Both the position numbers and the translations under genes were made by a program. A stretch of DNA of 60,000 nt from contig CM119372.1 in NCBI GenBank assembly GCA_051294905.1, positions 12,712,001 through 12,772,000 of the forward strand, read 5' to 3'. The notes beneath the pieces were generated by a model, which made no database searches, had not been told where the DNA came from, and saw only the letters and a list, made by a program, of their open reading frames with translations. Source of the stretch: Botryllus schlosseri. Its lineage: Eukaryota. Below are positions 1-11,793 of the stretch, piece after piece (the first letter of the stretch is position 1; each line of letters starts with the position of its first letter).

Positions 1-292
1 AGCTCAAAATAACGTTTTTCTCTCCACATTGCCAGGTGGATGACTAAAAAAAAAGGTCTTCTTTACGCTCAGAGCTAAAATCACCGCTTTTCCCTCCGAA
101 ATACCCGCCGGAGCTTCACTTCTGCGCTAATTTGCGGCATATCACTCGCAATTTTCTCTAAATCTGACCTAAATTTTCAAAATAGAGGACAAAATCTCAA
201 AAAAGAGGACAAAAGGGCGTCCTCCGAGGACACTTTCAAAAAAGTCAAAAAAGAGGACAAATCCTCTTAAAAGAGGACGTATGGTAAGCCTA
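1..292. mobile_element. Right part of a hAT (Blackjack-like) MITE, cut by the window edge
   Basis: Ends in TATGGTAAGCCTA with AAGAGGAC subterminal repeats; nearly identical to the complete copies at 44079..44426 and 56081..56496. Confidence 0.85.
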
Positions 293-1084
293 ATTTACAA
301 GTCAAAAGAGACGTGACGCATATGCGTTGGCGTATTGTAGTTACAAGCTTTCTATAAGGACAAATTTGATAGCTTTATATCCTATACTCACCTTTCGTCT
401 TGTTAGAATGAACATGGTTGCAATTAGTACAGAAGAAAATACATTTCTTTTGTGTAAAAGTACAAGTTTAGGCTTGACAAATTGCTTTTTTGACAAACAA
501 AGATCTCTCATCAGGTCATCTTAATATTGATGGAGTAACTGAGAACGACGTGAGGGTTCTTCATAATCAATTATATATTTATATGCAGTATAACAGGAGA
601 AAATGATTTACTTCCGTGTTACAACTATTTGCTTGCTTACTTCTAGTGTTGCGGGGACTAAATAAAATAAAATGCAATACCCTAAATAAGGACGGGTGTA
701 CTACTATACGACTATCACATATATTCACGACCATACACGCTAGTTTTTTGCGGTTTCTTTCGACTTTCCTTCGTGGTATCAGTTCTACCATGCACAAGGT
801 CTGTGTTGCTGTTCTTTCGGCGTCTTTTCTGAAGCCCAGCGAATGACGCATACAACGAATCAGAAAACGAAGATGAGTTAAAAAGAGCGATACTGATAAA
901 TACCAGTAATGCTGTTTGTCGGACATTATCACCTGGCTGGGCAACCGCGGCTACGTAATATACGGGCCATCCTGAATTCATCACAGATCGATTTTCAAAA
1001 TCAGGTAGGCCTCGCGATCAACCGTCGCTCGATTGTCGAGTAACATTGGTTGTTCTTGACACTTTGTTAACATATGTTGCTTTT

Positions 1085-1119
1085 GAGAGAGAGGGAGAGA
1101 GAAAGAGAGAGAGAGAGAG
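1085..1119. repeat. (GA)n microsatellite
   Basis: Imperfect GA run seen directly. Confidence 0.85.
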
Positions 1120-1404
1120 TCTTTATTTTCATCCAACCAAAATACATAACACACGGCAGTGGTGGTGGTACAGAAAATATGCATGCACAGAGCACAGTTG
1201 CACACTTGCACAGTATTCGGTATTAGATAGAAATGATCGATAAGACCGTGGTCTGATCACACCAGCATCAAACAGGTACACTTGACTCTAAACAGTCTGG
1301 CTGTAAAAACTGTTACGATAGTTAAAAAAATAAAATAGAAGAACAATTAAACGATGGTAGCAAATGATCAATGAAGCAATGTCTGGGCGAGGTAGGGCAA
1401 CAGT

Positions 1405-1715
1405 GCTAGTGTAACGACAAGAGGTGATCAAGTAGGGCTTTTTTGAATCTATTATAAGGCAATTCACGGATATGTGGTGGTAATGCATTTCAGATGATAG
1501 GTCCCGAGTATAGTCGATAGATCTCTTAGTTAGGTTGCTATTGGGTGGGGGTAAGTAGATATTTCCATTAGACGAGGATCTCGTGTAATGGGAGTGAACA
1601 TTTTCAGCAGGCATGAAAAAGTCATCAAACACAGGAGGCAAACTATTGGAAAAATATTTATAAATGACTTTTGATGCTTCAATGCGATATAGTTTGTTAA
1701 CTTGCAAAATTCGGT
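1405..1715 (-). mobile_element. 3' relic of a CR1/L2/Crack-type LINE ORF2
   Basis: Translates ILQVNKLYRIEASKVIYKYFSNSLPPVFDDFF...HSHYTRSS...LTKRSIDY, then after a frameshift GPII*NALPPHIRELPYNRFKKALLDHLL; the typical C-terminal signature of these LINEs. Confidence 0.8.
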
Positions 1716-1766
1716 CCCTACGGTAGTGGCGCGATCTGGCTCTCGATTTTGCGTTGCTGCTCCTGT

Positions 1767-1817
1767 TATCAATCAATCAATCAATCAATCAATGAATCAA
1801 TCAATCAATCAATCAAT
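1767..1817. repeat. (ATCA)n microsatellite, possibly the 3' tail of a minus-strand retroelement
   Basis: About 12 ATCA units; adjacent 1820..1870 resembles 40770..40815 (TATCGCATTGTACATT..TGTG) in reverse orientation. Confidence 0.75.
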
Positions 1818-2357
1818 GGACATATAAAATTTTCATTTACCCAAGACACACATAATGTACAATGCGATATACAACGCACACAATGCGATGTAATGAGCAG
1901 AAAAGGGGATGCCGAACGACCAACCAGTTGAGGTCTCTTGAACTGGCATCCACCTCGACCTAGTGCCCGATGTCACAGTCTTATTCGATGTTATTTCTTC
2001 GCAGGTCCTTTTTATAAGCTATTTCTTGCTCTTTTTATTTCTTTATCGGGTCTTTTTTGGGCTTATTTTGTCACCGTAAGAACAACGACACGGGGTACGA
2101 GGAGCCCAGAATAATCTCAGATGCGGGAATCGAATGGAAATAATATCATAACCAAATCTACTGTAGTATTCACTGGTTTACAGCAAATTTTAAACGGAGA
2201 TGCGATAACGAAGTTCTGGAAGAGTTTTGTCCCCGTGATTCCGAATATGCCCTTATTTATTTGATAGTACATCGTGTTATTGAGATATTTGCAATTTAAA
2301 TTTTGACGGTTTTGCTATATACCCTCATAAAAGGAAGATTGAGCAGTGCATTGTAAT

Positions 2358-2858
2358 TAGGGTTGCACATAAAACAAAAATCAATCAAAACAAACATGTT
2401 TAAATCAAGGCCCTTGTTTAAAACACGTTTTTTAAGCCATGACGTCACGAATATTCATTCGTTACGTCATAATGGATAGACATTCTCAATTGAAAATATA
2501 ATGTAAATGTAGCTCCTTTGACGAAATAGGCTTCCAATAGGCATCGCCATGCAGCATTTTTACTGTTGGCGGTCATCATCATCAGAACATTTATTCCGTA
2601 CCAATGATCTATAGCTATGTACTAAAGCTGTTGAACCGACTATTTCGAGGTTTCAATCCATCCCATATCGTATAGGCTACGTCGGCTATATTGGGTGGTA
2701 ATAGTCCGTATATAGGTTCATACAACATGTTTTTTGGGAAGTATTTACACGATTATGGCATAATTATACAACTTGAAAAAGGCCTATGTTTATAACACTG
2801 TTTAAAACATGTTTAAACAAAGTGTTTTAAACAACCATTTGTTTTAAATGCAAACTTA
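2358..2858. mobile_element. hAT MITE (TAGGGTTGCA TIR family)
   Basis: TIRs TAGGGTTGCA / TGCAAACTTA; perfect 8-bp TSD ATTGTAAT; sister copy at 33574..34018. Confidence 0.85.
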
Positions 2859-3265
2859 ATTGTAATCCAATTGTGAATTTATGTGCCTGCCTGTTGCTTA
2901 TGTCGTCGATAATAAGGTATCGAGGAGGTTTTGCCTATACATTTTCGCATAAATGATATATTGAGCAGTTAATTCTAGATGTAGATATACTGCTTGAGAT
3001 ATGGTGTGTACGTATTTTGTACTAATAATAAGATCCAGTGTGACATTTCATCGCGGGATAGAGACAAAAAATGTACGTACCACATGGTTTGCACAATTGG
3101 CTGCACAAACAAACGTCGTCGATCCCTATTGCTGTTCCCATGATATGACGAGGACACATAGACTACATTCAAGGCTGGTATTTCTATACCTTATCAATGT
3201 GTATGGGTTTTCTTCGTAAAGTAAAATCGTTTAACCCAACTCAGTGAGGAGACGTGTGTCACATA

Positions 3266-3523
3266 CACAGGTGGTCAGTAATGAAGTACTTCTACTTTTT
3301 GAAGTACTTGCAGTAGATTTTTCCTACTTTTTAAGTAGTTATGATTTTAGACTACTTCTACTTCTACTTCTACAGTTTTCAGTTTTGTAGGCAAAAATAA
3401 CCGTAGAATTCCTACTTACTTACTTACTTGTGAACCACCACTTCTACTTCTACTTGAGTAGAAATTCCGGCGTTACTTCTACTTCTATTTGAATAGCGAC
3501 GGTGACTACATTGACCACCTCTG
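3266..3523. mobile_element. hAT MITE with CTACTT/AAGTAG subterminal repeats (CAGAGGTGGTCA TIR family)
   Basis: TIRs CACAGGTGGTCA / TGACCACCTCTG; perfect TSD GTCACATA. Fragments of related elements at ~4589..4760, 33216..33553, 34055..34195, 44450..44660, 45153..45190 + 47443..47570, 50075..50274. Confidence 0.8.
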
Positions 3524-3569
3524 GTCACATACGATGCTTCAATGTGCGTTTTGCTCCCGCCTGATCTTG

Positions 3570-3900
3570 TAACGAGTTTGTAAGAGATTTGTATCTTTCC
3601 AAAGAAAAGTCAGAACTGCTTTCATCAAGATTAAAAGAAGATAAATTGATTTAAGGAGATGGAGTAATCATTCAATTAAAAAAAAACGGAGCTTGGACCT
3701 TATCACCGCATCCAAAGTAGATCGACACCTTCGCTATAACGTCCCGACGTTTATGACTTACTAAAAAATCGCGGTGAATACGCAATGTTGATAGTAGATT
3801 TCCATCGACTATTTGAAGAGAAGTGTAAAAGTTATATTGCTGTACGATAGAAATATAAAGCTGCCAATTTCATACAGTACATTGTTTTCATGTAAGAGAA
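3570..3900 (+). pseudogene. Degenerate DNA-transposase fragment, Chapaev3-like
   Basis: NEFVRDLYLSKEKSELLSSRLKEDKLI and IDYLKRSVKVILLYDRNIKLPISYS match from memory the motifs LNDLVRDLxLSKxxAELLxSRL and LFIDSSKxSLKAVLLHNGNxxxSIPIAHS; stops and frameshifts lie between them. Confidence 0.65.
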
Positions 3901-4047
3901 TGTTTTGAAAGCATCAGACTTCTTATGGGAGCTATTCAGTGCATTTCTTGGTGGGGTTTATGACGGACAAGGGAGGGAGGGTAAAGCTGCTTAATCTAAT
4001 ACTGTGACGTCACAATGCTATTCAACAATATAGTGTATAACTGTATA

Positions 4048-4180
4048 TATAGGTAGATCGAGGGTGATGTAGCTATGGGTTCACCACTGGGGCCGATTTT
4101 AGCGAATATCTTAGCAGGGTTTCATGGAGATAAGATCTTTACACTTTGAAGCAAACAGCCGCTTTACCGTCGCTACGTCA
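4048..4180 (+). pseudogene. Penelope-like element reverse-transcriptase fragment
   Basis: YR*IEGDVAMGSPLGPILANILAGFH...PLYRRYV matches the PLE RT motifs GxAMGSPLGPxLAN and YxRYVDD; in-frame stops present. Confidence 0.75.
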
Positions 4181-7100
4181 TGCGTACAAAGGAACATTAT
4201 ATGCTAAATAGTTTGAAGTGAAATGGAATTGCGTGTATATTTTTAATTTAATTTAATAATTTTCAGAAAAAAACAAATTTGACGGTTTCTTGGAAAAGTG
4301 ATGTGCTGGGAAAAAAGCTAAAGGCGTATTTGGAATCAGCGTGCAAATACATTTAAAATCATCCATGCAGTCATCACGTCCTCCTTTAAAAATTTGAGTG
4401 ACATTTGTTGGCCAATGATTATATCTTTCCGTATAAACTCTCAACACCTGCGGTTCGAGAGGTCCTGCTCACCTTTTTCGTGATTGATTTATATGCTTTT
4501 CCACACGACGAGAGGATGTGAATTAGCAAAAATACCACGACAGTACATTATACAAATTCAATAACATCTTGGCGCGTTACGTAATTCTTAGAGGTGGTCA
4601 AAGTAGTCAAGAAAGCTACTCAAGTAGAAGTAGAAGTAGCGAAGAAAAAATCCACTCAAGTACGAGTAGAAGTACTTCTTCCATAAGCAACCTAAAACTA
4701 CTTGAAGTAGAATTGACTGACTTTAAATCTACTCAAGTAAGTAAGTAAGTGTGAAAACGGTCGTAATTCGTCCGTATGGATTGTCAAAATGTGCAAATTG
4801 AGCTATGCGAAAGGTGCCAAGCCTGATTCATATTGATGCATACCAGGAGGTATTCAATTTTCGAGAGCATTAGCATACGTACGCATCATAGGATGAAAAT
4901 GATAGTATTGATATGGAAATGCGATACTATAATCCTCTGTTTAATCGAACAGCACGTTTTAGACAATATCATGGTATGGTGCACTCCCCCATATTATAAG
5001 GCCCGTAGTTTAGACGAAGAGCAATACGGAGAAGTTGTATAGAATACGGTGTAAACACTTTGCGCCATTAGTAAACGTGAATAAAAATATGGTGGAGCGT
5101 AAAAATGCCATATTGTGTAGCTTTATTTCCGGAAATTAAAAGCGTTACTACGCATGCTTTTATACTTAACATGTCTGTTATCCAGACAAAAGAACTGCTA
5201 TTAATTAGAACTCAAAGTATATGATACTGGAAATTGAAAGTGTTATATAAATACTACTTTTAAAAGCGGAAAATATATTTCATGTCTTTGGTCCAGAAAA
5301 TTTCAAAGGTGGTATGCTAAAACAGCTCTAAAACTGAAAAAAGTCAGAGTTCACTTTTCCTGATCAGGACACGCCATGGACTGCTAGATTACGATATGAT
5401 AAGTAAATGCTAGATTGCGAAACTTCAGTTTCAAACGTTATGATGATCCATATATACTGTGATGAAATATTTCATATGGGCGTAGGGGGACAATGCGGTG
5501 TGAACGGAGCCGCGCCAACCCACTATACCTAAATTATATTCACCGATACTTTCGTGAAATCATACATAATTCTCAGAAAAACAGCGAAAACGTGGGTGGA
5601 TAGCAGTTGGAGGAAGATGTGAAACTCTATTTTCCGTGAGCGTTGTACAAGTGTCCCATGTAAAGTAAAGTCCACTACTCCTCAGCTATGCAGCGCAGGG
5701 CACATTAGGAATCGACAACTTCTGGCCCACGCGCCACATCTATCCCACCAGTTCTGTTGGTCCGGCCCGCTCGTTAGCACGCTCTCTGACCCGTAACGTA
5801 ATGTTGGTTTGGTAGTACTCACCTCGCTGCACACGTGTCAACGTCTTTCCGTTTATTTATGAAATCACTTGAAACTATACGGATGCTGACGCGTGCGCGT
5901 TTTCTCTTTACAAAACCGATAATAAGTTTCAAATAACTTGTCGCGCTTATATAATGCTCATGAATCTGTCACCGAACTATACGCAACAAGAGGAAAGCTC
6001 CCCAGTCTTCTCAAAGTATTTACGACATACCCTTGTTCTTTACGTCAGCATGGATTTGCAATGTCACAACATTGTGTAAAGTATGTAACCCTTCTCACAT
6101 TTCATCTTGGCTTCGTCGAAGCACTTTCATATGACATAGTGCATTCTATATAGTTATCAATACATCCCTCAGCGTATCGTCGACTGGCAACCCTATTCAA
6201 ATTTTAGTATGGAAAAAAGTATCCACTGCAACCGAACACAAATTAGCCATTTATTCTAATGCAAATGACCACCGACGTCCAAATCTAATAACAGCCACTC
6301 ATAGGCGTATGACTGAAATATTGCACACGGGATAAGATCAGTCAGGTGCAGTACTAATTGAAATCATATGAGAACAACGTTCGTGGACTATAATGGTCAA
6401 CGGATCCTACATATTGATGCGCTCGTGTGTACTTTTAGAAATAATGTGTATTACGCAAAAACAATTATTCGATTAGCATCATACTCTTTACGAATTAATA
6501 TCATTGGTGTCGCAATTGTTGGCGAAAGCGTGCGCAAATACATCCGAATCTAACCAAACCAGCGAGCACAACTAATTCGCATTACGCAAGGCGTGGATTT
6601 TAACTGCAGAGTACATAGTCGCACTTACTGAGGCGAATTGCCATATCCGGTACGTAAGTCGTTGCGAATGTGTCACTACGAAGTCTTCAATAGACGACCT
6701 TCGCGCGTCTTGCATGTTGCGCAGTGTATTATATAAAGAAGAGCTAACTGCGACCGTGGTAATATTATACTTTTGAGGCGGATCCTAACATACATTATCA
6801 CGGAATAATACGGCGTTGCAAGAGAACGGACAACATGAAGATTGTCCTATTGGTATGGACTTGGCTTGACTAAATCGAAGTATAAACTATCAGTATAATG
6901 TGTGTAGTCTATATTATGTTTGCCTTTTATTATGTTATATGAAAATTTAACGAGAAGAGTGGGCAGATCCATAGCGGGGGTCAGGGCAGGGCAACCGTCT
7001 TCTACAATGAGCCATTTAAATGCATTTCGCATCACATGAACCAACCGCGGGCCACAAATTATGTTTTATCTCACTATGGCGATACCACCTCTTACATTTT

Positions 7101-7867
7101 CATTACGCGCACGTTGAAGTATATATGAATTCAAATCTACTCGATGAAATCTACCAATCGCGGCCATCGAAACTATAACTCTCGTAGATTGTACAGCTCT
7201 TAGTGACAAACGCCGTAATATAATTTCAATGGTCGGAAAAATAGTCACTCACTAACCGATTAGAATCATTAGATTTATTAGTCAGTCAGTCGTTTATTGC
7301 GATTTTCATCAATTCAAAACACTAAAAGATTGCGATATATAGGCCTAATGAAAGGATATAGGAGGGTGTTGTCGAAACTATTTGGAATAGTCTTCTAATC
7401 ATCAGGGAAGTTTTTGCAACTTTTGCAACTTTTTTTACAGCTCCCGGGAGCTTCCTAAATTCTCAGAATATATGTAGAATTATGTTTTAAGCTGTTTGGA
7501 GGAATCTTATAGTGCAACTTTTTGCAACTTTTTTATTTATTTTTTCATGTAACGTTTTAGTGCAGCTTTTACCAAGTATTGCGCAAAACGTAATGGAGTG
7601 ATTAAAAAAATGCTATAAATCTATTTGTGGTATGGTTCTTTGTTTGATTTGCTTAACAAAGAGCTATGTGATAGATTACCTGCTCTCAGTGTTATCTATG
7701 CAAGCTAAAAGTTCCACAACCGCAGTCAAGCACGACGGTGCTTTTACTATATGTATTATGTATATCGATAGCTTGATTGATTCACTGTCGATTAAATTTG
7801 TGGTCCTATCCCATTTCACGAACGCCCAGGCGAGACCGCCAAAAATTACATTTTCACGTACTTATAC

Positions 7868-7896
7868 TTACTAACTAACTAACTAACTAACTAACT
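7868..7896. repeat. (CTAA)n microsatellite
   Basis: Seen directly. Confidence 0.8.
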
Positions 7897-9030
7897 ATAG
7901 TTGAGCGCAATTTTTGAATGGTGCTTAAATGGTTCTTTGATTCCTCCGCGTCGCGTCATCAGCAAAGGTACAGCGCCGCAAAAGGCTCTCAGTAACGTAG
8001 TGCTTCTATATTCAGAGTGCTCAAATATGTTTATTATACTCGCATTTTCTTCGTGTTGGTGTTACGTTGTATATAGGGCCTGTTTCTACTAGAAGAGATT
8101 TTGAAGCCGAGTTGTTTGCTTTTATTTGTAAAAATTTGTGAAGTAGGACAGTAATTCGGGATTGATTAACACACAGTTATATCGGCCAGGGTTGCCAACT
8201 GCGGGATGGCTCTTTGGGCAATCGTAGAATACTGGCACACTGACTGAAATAATGCCAAATTATCTTTAATATCCCATATCTCCTTATACATAAAGAGCAA
8301 TAAGTTTCAACAGTCTAATTAAGATTAAACTAGACTGCAGAAGGAATATCTGTAGACGTCTTGGTGGATTTAATTTTGCTCTGCAGAGAGTTGAATCGGT
8401 ACAGTTCGCAATGTTACAAAGTTCGTAGTACAAACAGAGGCGGTACGAATACGAACTAGGCTAATTTTCCTATGGATCAGCAAGCTTAATGGCATCACTA
8501 ATTAATTATATATAGGCCTATGCCCTAAAGATCTAGACTAGGACTGAGATCCAAGAACAGGAAAGCGTGTCTAAGCCTGATTGGTGTAGTTCGCAGCACA
8601 AACAGGCTATTGCAATAGCCAGTATAGATAAAAAGCCCAGTGAATAATAATTCGATGTAATGCATGATAAATATTCACCGGACGTAAGACACCAATGTGC
8701 TTAATCTAATTTTATTTTTTAACAACCTCTAATACAGACCTGGGCTTGGCCAAAGTGCAGCCTGCGGAGCTATTCCGAGCGGCCCGCAATCAGTTGCTTG
8801 GAATTCAAAACATAACACCTACTTTTAAATGTTGCTCCGTGGACTAAAACCAGAGGCTGTATAAACTGAACCGGAAATTCGTTTACTTTGAAGCCTGTTC
8901 ATTAATATACCGCGATTACGCAGTCTACTTACCTCTCGCCGATAATCTAGATTCAAAATAAATTCAATATAACAAAGTATGCCGTAACAATGAAAGTCAC
9001 AAGAAGTCACTCTTCCCTAATGGTTTAATT

Positions 9031-9557
9031 CAGTGGTTCTCAACCTTTTTGGCTTTGCGGACCCCTTTTTGACCAGCCTTGTCATTTTTATCTAACATAT
9101 CATCTTGTAAGTTATTCTGAAATAGCGGTTATGTATATCACAGGATAAAATGGATTTCGTGGTGAGGTTTCAATCCCTTCATTGGGAAAAATTTGGAAAA
9201 ATACTTCAAGAGTTTTCATTTCAAACGACTTTACTAATTTGATGACACTGACTACGATGTCACCCTGATTGATCTTACTATCTCCATATTTTTATTTTTT
9301 CCACAAACCGCAACAAAACTTCTCGAAAAAGCAATATGTTTGTATCAGTAGGGTACTGGCAATTTGGAAATTAAAATGAATTTGCACGGTAGTATATGTC
9401 ATGTCATACGATTATTGTGATGATGTGAGTAATGAGATTTTAGCAGATGTGGAGGAAAACTGCCTTGTGCTTTCCCTAATTTAAATAAATACAAATTCGG
9501 TTAACAATCATTTTTGCAAATTTTGAGGTCTCGCGGACCCCTGATTGAGAACCACTT
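9031..9557. mobile_element. Charlie/Buster-like hAT MITE (nested)
   Basis: TIRs CAGTGGTTCTCAA / TTGAGAACCACTT; perfect TSD GTTTAATT. Confidence 0.85.
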
Positions 9558-9605
9558 GTTTAATTCAAACCTTCTCTGCTGCCTTTGTCACATTACGCAT
9601 CACCC

Positions 9606-9994
9606 CAGTGGTTCCCAACGTGGGCGATGTCGCCCTTCGCCCCCCCCCCCCCCCCAATGAGCGATTTTGAGAAACAAGGGGGCGAAAATACCAAAAGGCT
9701 GACTGGGGAGCGAAAATGTTAGAATGTTCTGTGATATTTATTTGATTAACACGGCCAACAAAGGAATGCCAAGGCGGCTTATTTTGCATATGGTGCGAAA
9801 AAAGGCCAACTCGGTGGAAAGTAGACGCGGGTCGGTTTTCCGAGCATCTACCACTTACCACCTCGGAAATATGGCTTTTTTAGTAAATTCCCAAGCGATC
9901 AGAGTTATGTGAATAAATTCCCCGTCTATATGTCCCTTTTTCGGATCCGTAAATATATTAAGGGCGATGAGTCGAAAAAGGTTGGGAACCACTG
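9606..9994. mobile_element. Charlie/Buster-like hAT MITE (nested)
   Basis: TIRs CAGTGGTTCCCAAC / GTTGGGAACCACTG; TSD not clearly preserved. Confidence 0.75.
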
Positions 9995-11793
9995 CAGTAC
10001 ACGATATGTGCTTCAAATTGTTCCGTGTTACGCTTCGAAATCCCTAATTCGTAAAACAAGTCAATCAGTGACCGTGATTGCTACGAGTCATCATCCCCAT
10101 AAAGGGTGAACGCGCACGTCAAAAAGAAGGTCGAAACCTGAATTTCAAGAAGGTTTGCAGCACTAATTATTTGTTTACTGGAGTCCGGGGTAAACCCGTC
10201 CCTTTAGTTTGGGCCGAGCAGGTCGCCATGTTTAAGGAGCATAATATTAGTCGGTTTTATCACAACAACACGAAGACAAGTAGGAGCGAATTTCAGAAGA
10301 ACTGCAAGCTTCGCTCGCACAACAAGGCTATTTCACCAAGCTGCGCAAGCGCGCAATGCTAGGGAAGCAGCGACCAATACAATTAACTTTGTAGTATCTC
10401 AAATACATTTTATTGTCTCGATAGAAAACGTGGATAAGGGTGTAAAGACAATTTAAATTGTATCATGTTTAACATTGTTTCGAATTATTTTTCGTAATTA
10501 ACCGTCACTTTCTCATTACCTAACACCAACAGGTCCAACACATCCACTGAGCAGCATTTATTAACAATGTATAATTCACTGCTTTCAATTGAGAAATAGA
10601 ATTAATACGCTGAAGAAAAATGCTATAATTTTTGACTTGGCCCGCCAAAGCCTTTTCTGCCACTCAATTGGCCCGTATAGAAAACTAATTGCCCACACCT
10701 GCTCCTAATACTTGGTTAGGTACACGAGTAAACAACAGTAGTTACAAATCAAATGTGCTAATTGTTATAGTTGAAGAAAGTCGAAAGTGTCAACGTGATA
10801 AATGCAAAATTCTGGTGTCGACCGACATGAATATATGCCAAAATTCCAATTTGTATTCAAATATACCAACACTAGCATCAGCTGCTATTACCTACATACA
10901 AGGTCCGTTCACGGCGGATGTTTCCGAGCAACTGATACCGACTCCACTATTTCCTTTTTCTAGGCAGTGACGTAATCCCCTCGTGCGGAAAAATTCTCTC
11001 AAACTTTGCAATATAAACGCATCGGGAGCGTTCCTCACTTGTGAACTAGAAAAGCACTGTTACCAACTAGTTTTTTGAATTGCGTCCAAACGACAAAAGT
11101 CACGAACTCACTGTACTTAATATCCTATTAAGTTTATTTGAATTATTCCACGTCAGAAAAAGGGAGAAATATGATCATATTTCATTCGCACTCATCCGGA
11201 TTTTCATTCGCACCATTCGTACCACGCTTGTCATCCGCCCAAGTGCGAACCGGCACACAGGTTGAAAAGCTCTGCTCTGGCTCAACAGATTTTTCGAATT
11301 TATCATATCGTGCGTAGCCTATATATCGCATATTCATTATTCAATTGCGTTTGTAAATCTCTTCGTTATTATAAATAGAAGTATACGTAAAGAGATTATA
11401 TTCCATCGCAATGATTCCGAGAATTTGAAATGTCTCCCGATAAGGACACTGCGGCCCCCTACAAACATTGCCATCGAATATTACAATCGACACGTTACGG
11501 AAATGTGGACAATCAGAGTGTACCGTTGAGAAATGTTGTAGCCTCCTGTCCACCGTTTACACATTCTTTTACTGCTTTAAACGCCCAGTTCATGCCCATA
11601 ACTATAACAACTGTTATTAGTGGTCTTCGTATTGATATTTAATTTTTCCTCACAATAACACTCTCACAAAATGCGCGGATCGCAAGAATCTGAAAGCCGC
11701 TTACGGATTCCGCCAAAATATTGGATTAGTGGACCTCAAATCTGAGTATACCTGTGCATTGCAATCATTGATCAGGTTTCCACACACTTGCAG

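Larger units (their letters stand above)
8735..10701. mobile_element. Charlie/Buster-like hAT non-autonomous element hosting two nested MITEs
   Basis: Ends CAGACCTGGGC / TTGCCCACACCTG with GGCCCGC subterminal motifs; near-TSD CTCTAATA / CTCCTAATA. Confidence 0.6.

Noticed and set aside
11172..11260. Candidate first coding exon of the GPCR (MIIFHSHSSGF…GTQ)
   Set aside because: Phase-compatible, but it gives no convincing signal peptide and has a weak donor; start left unassigned.
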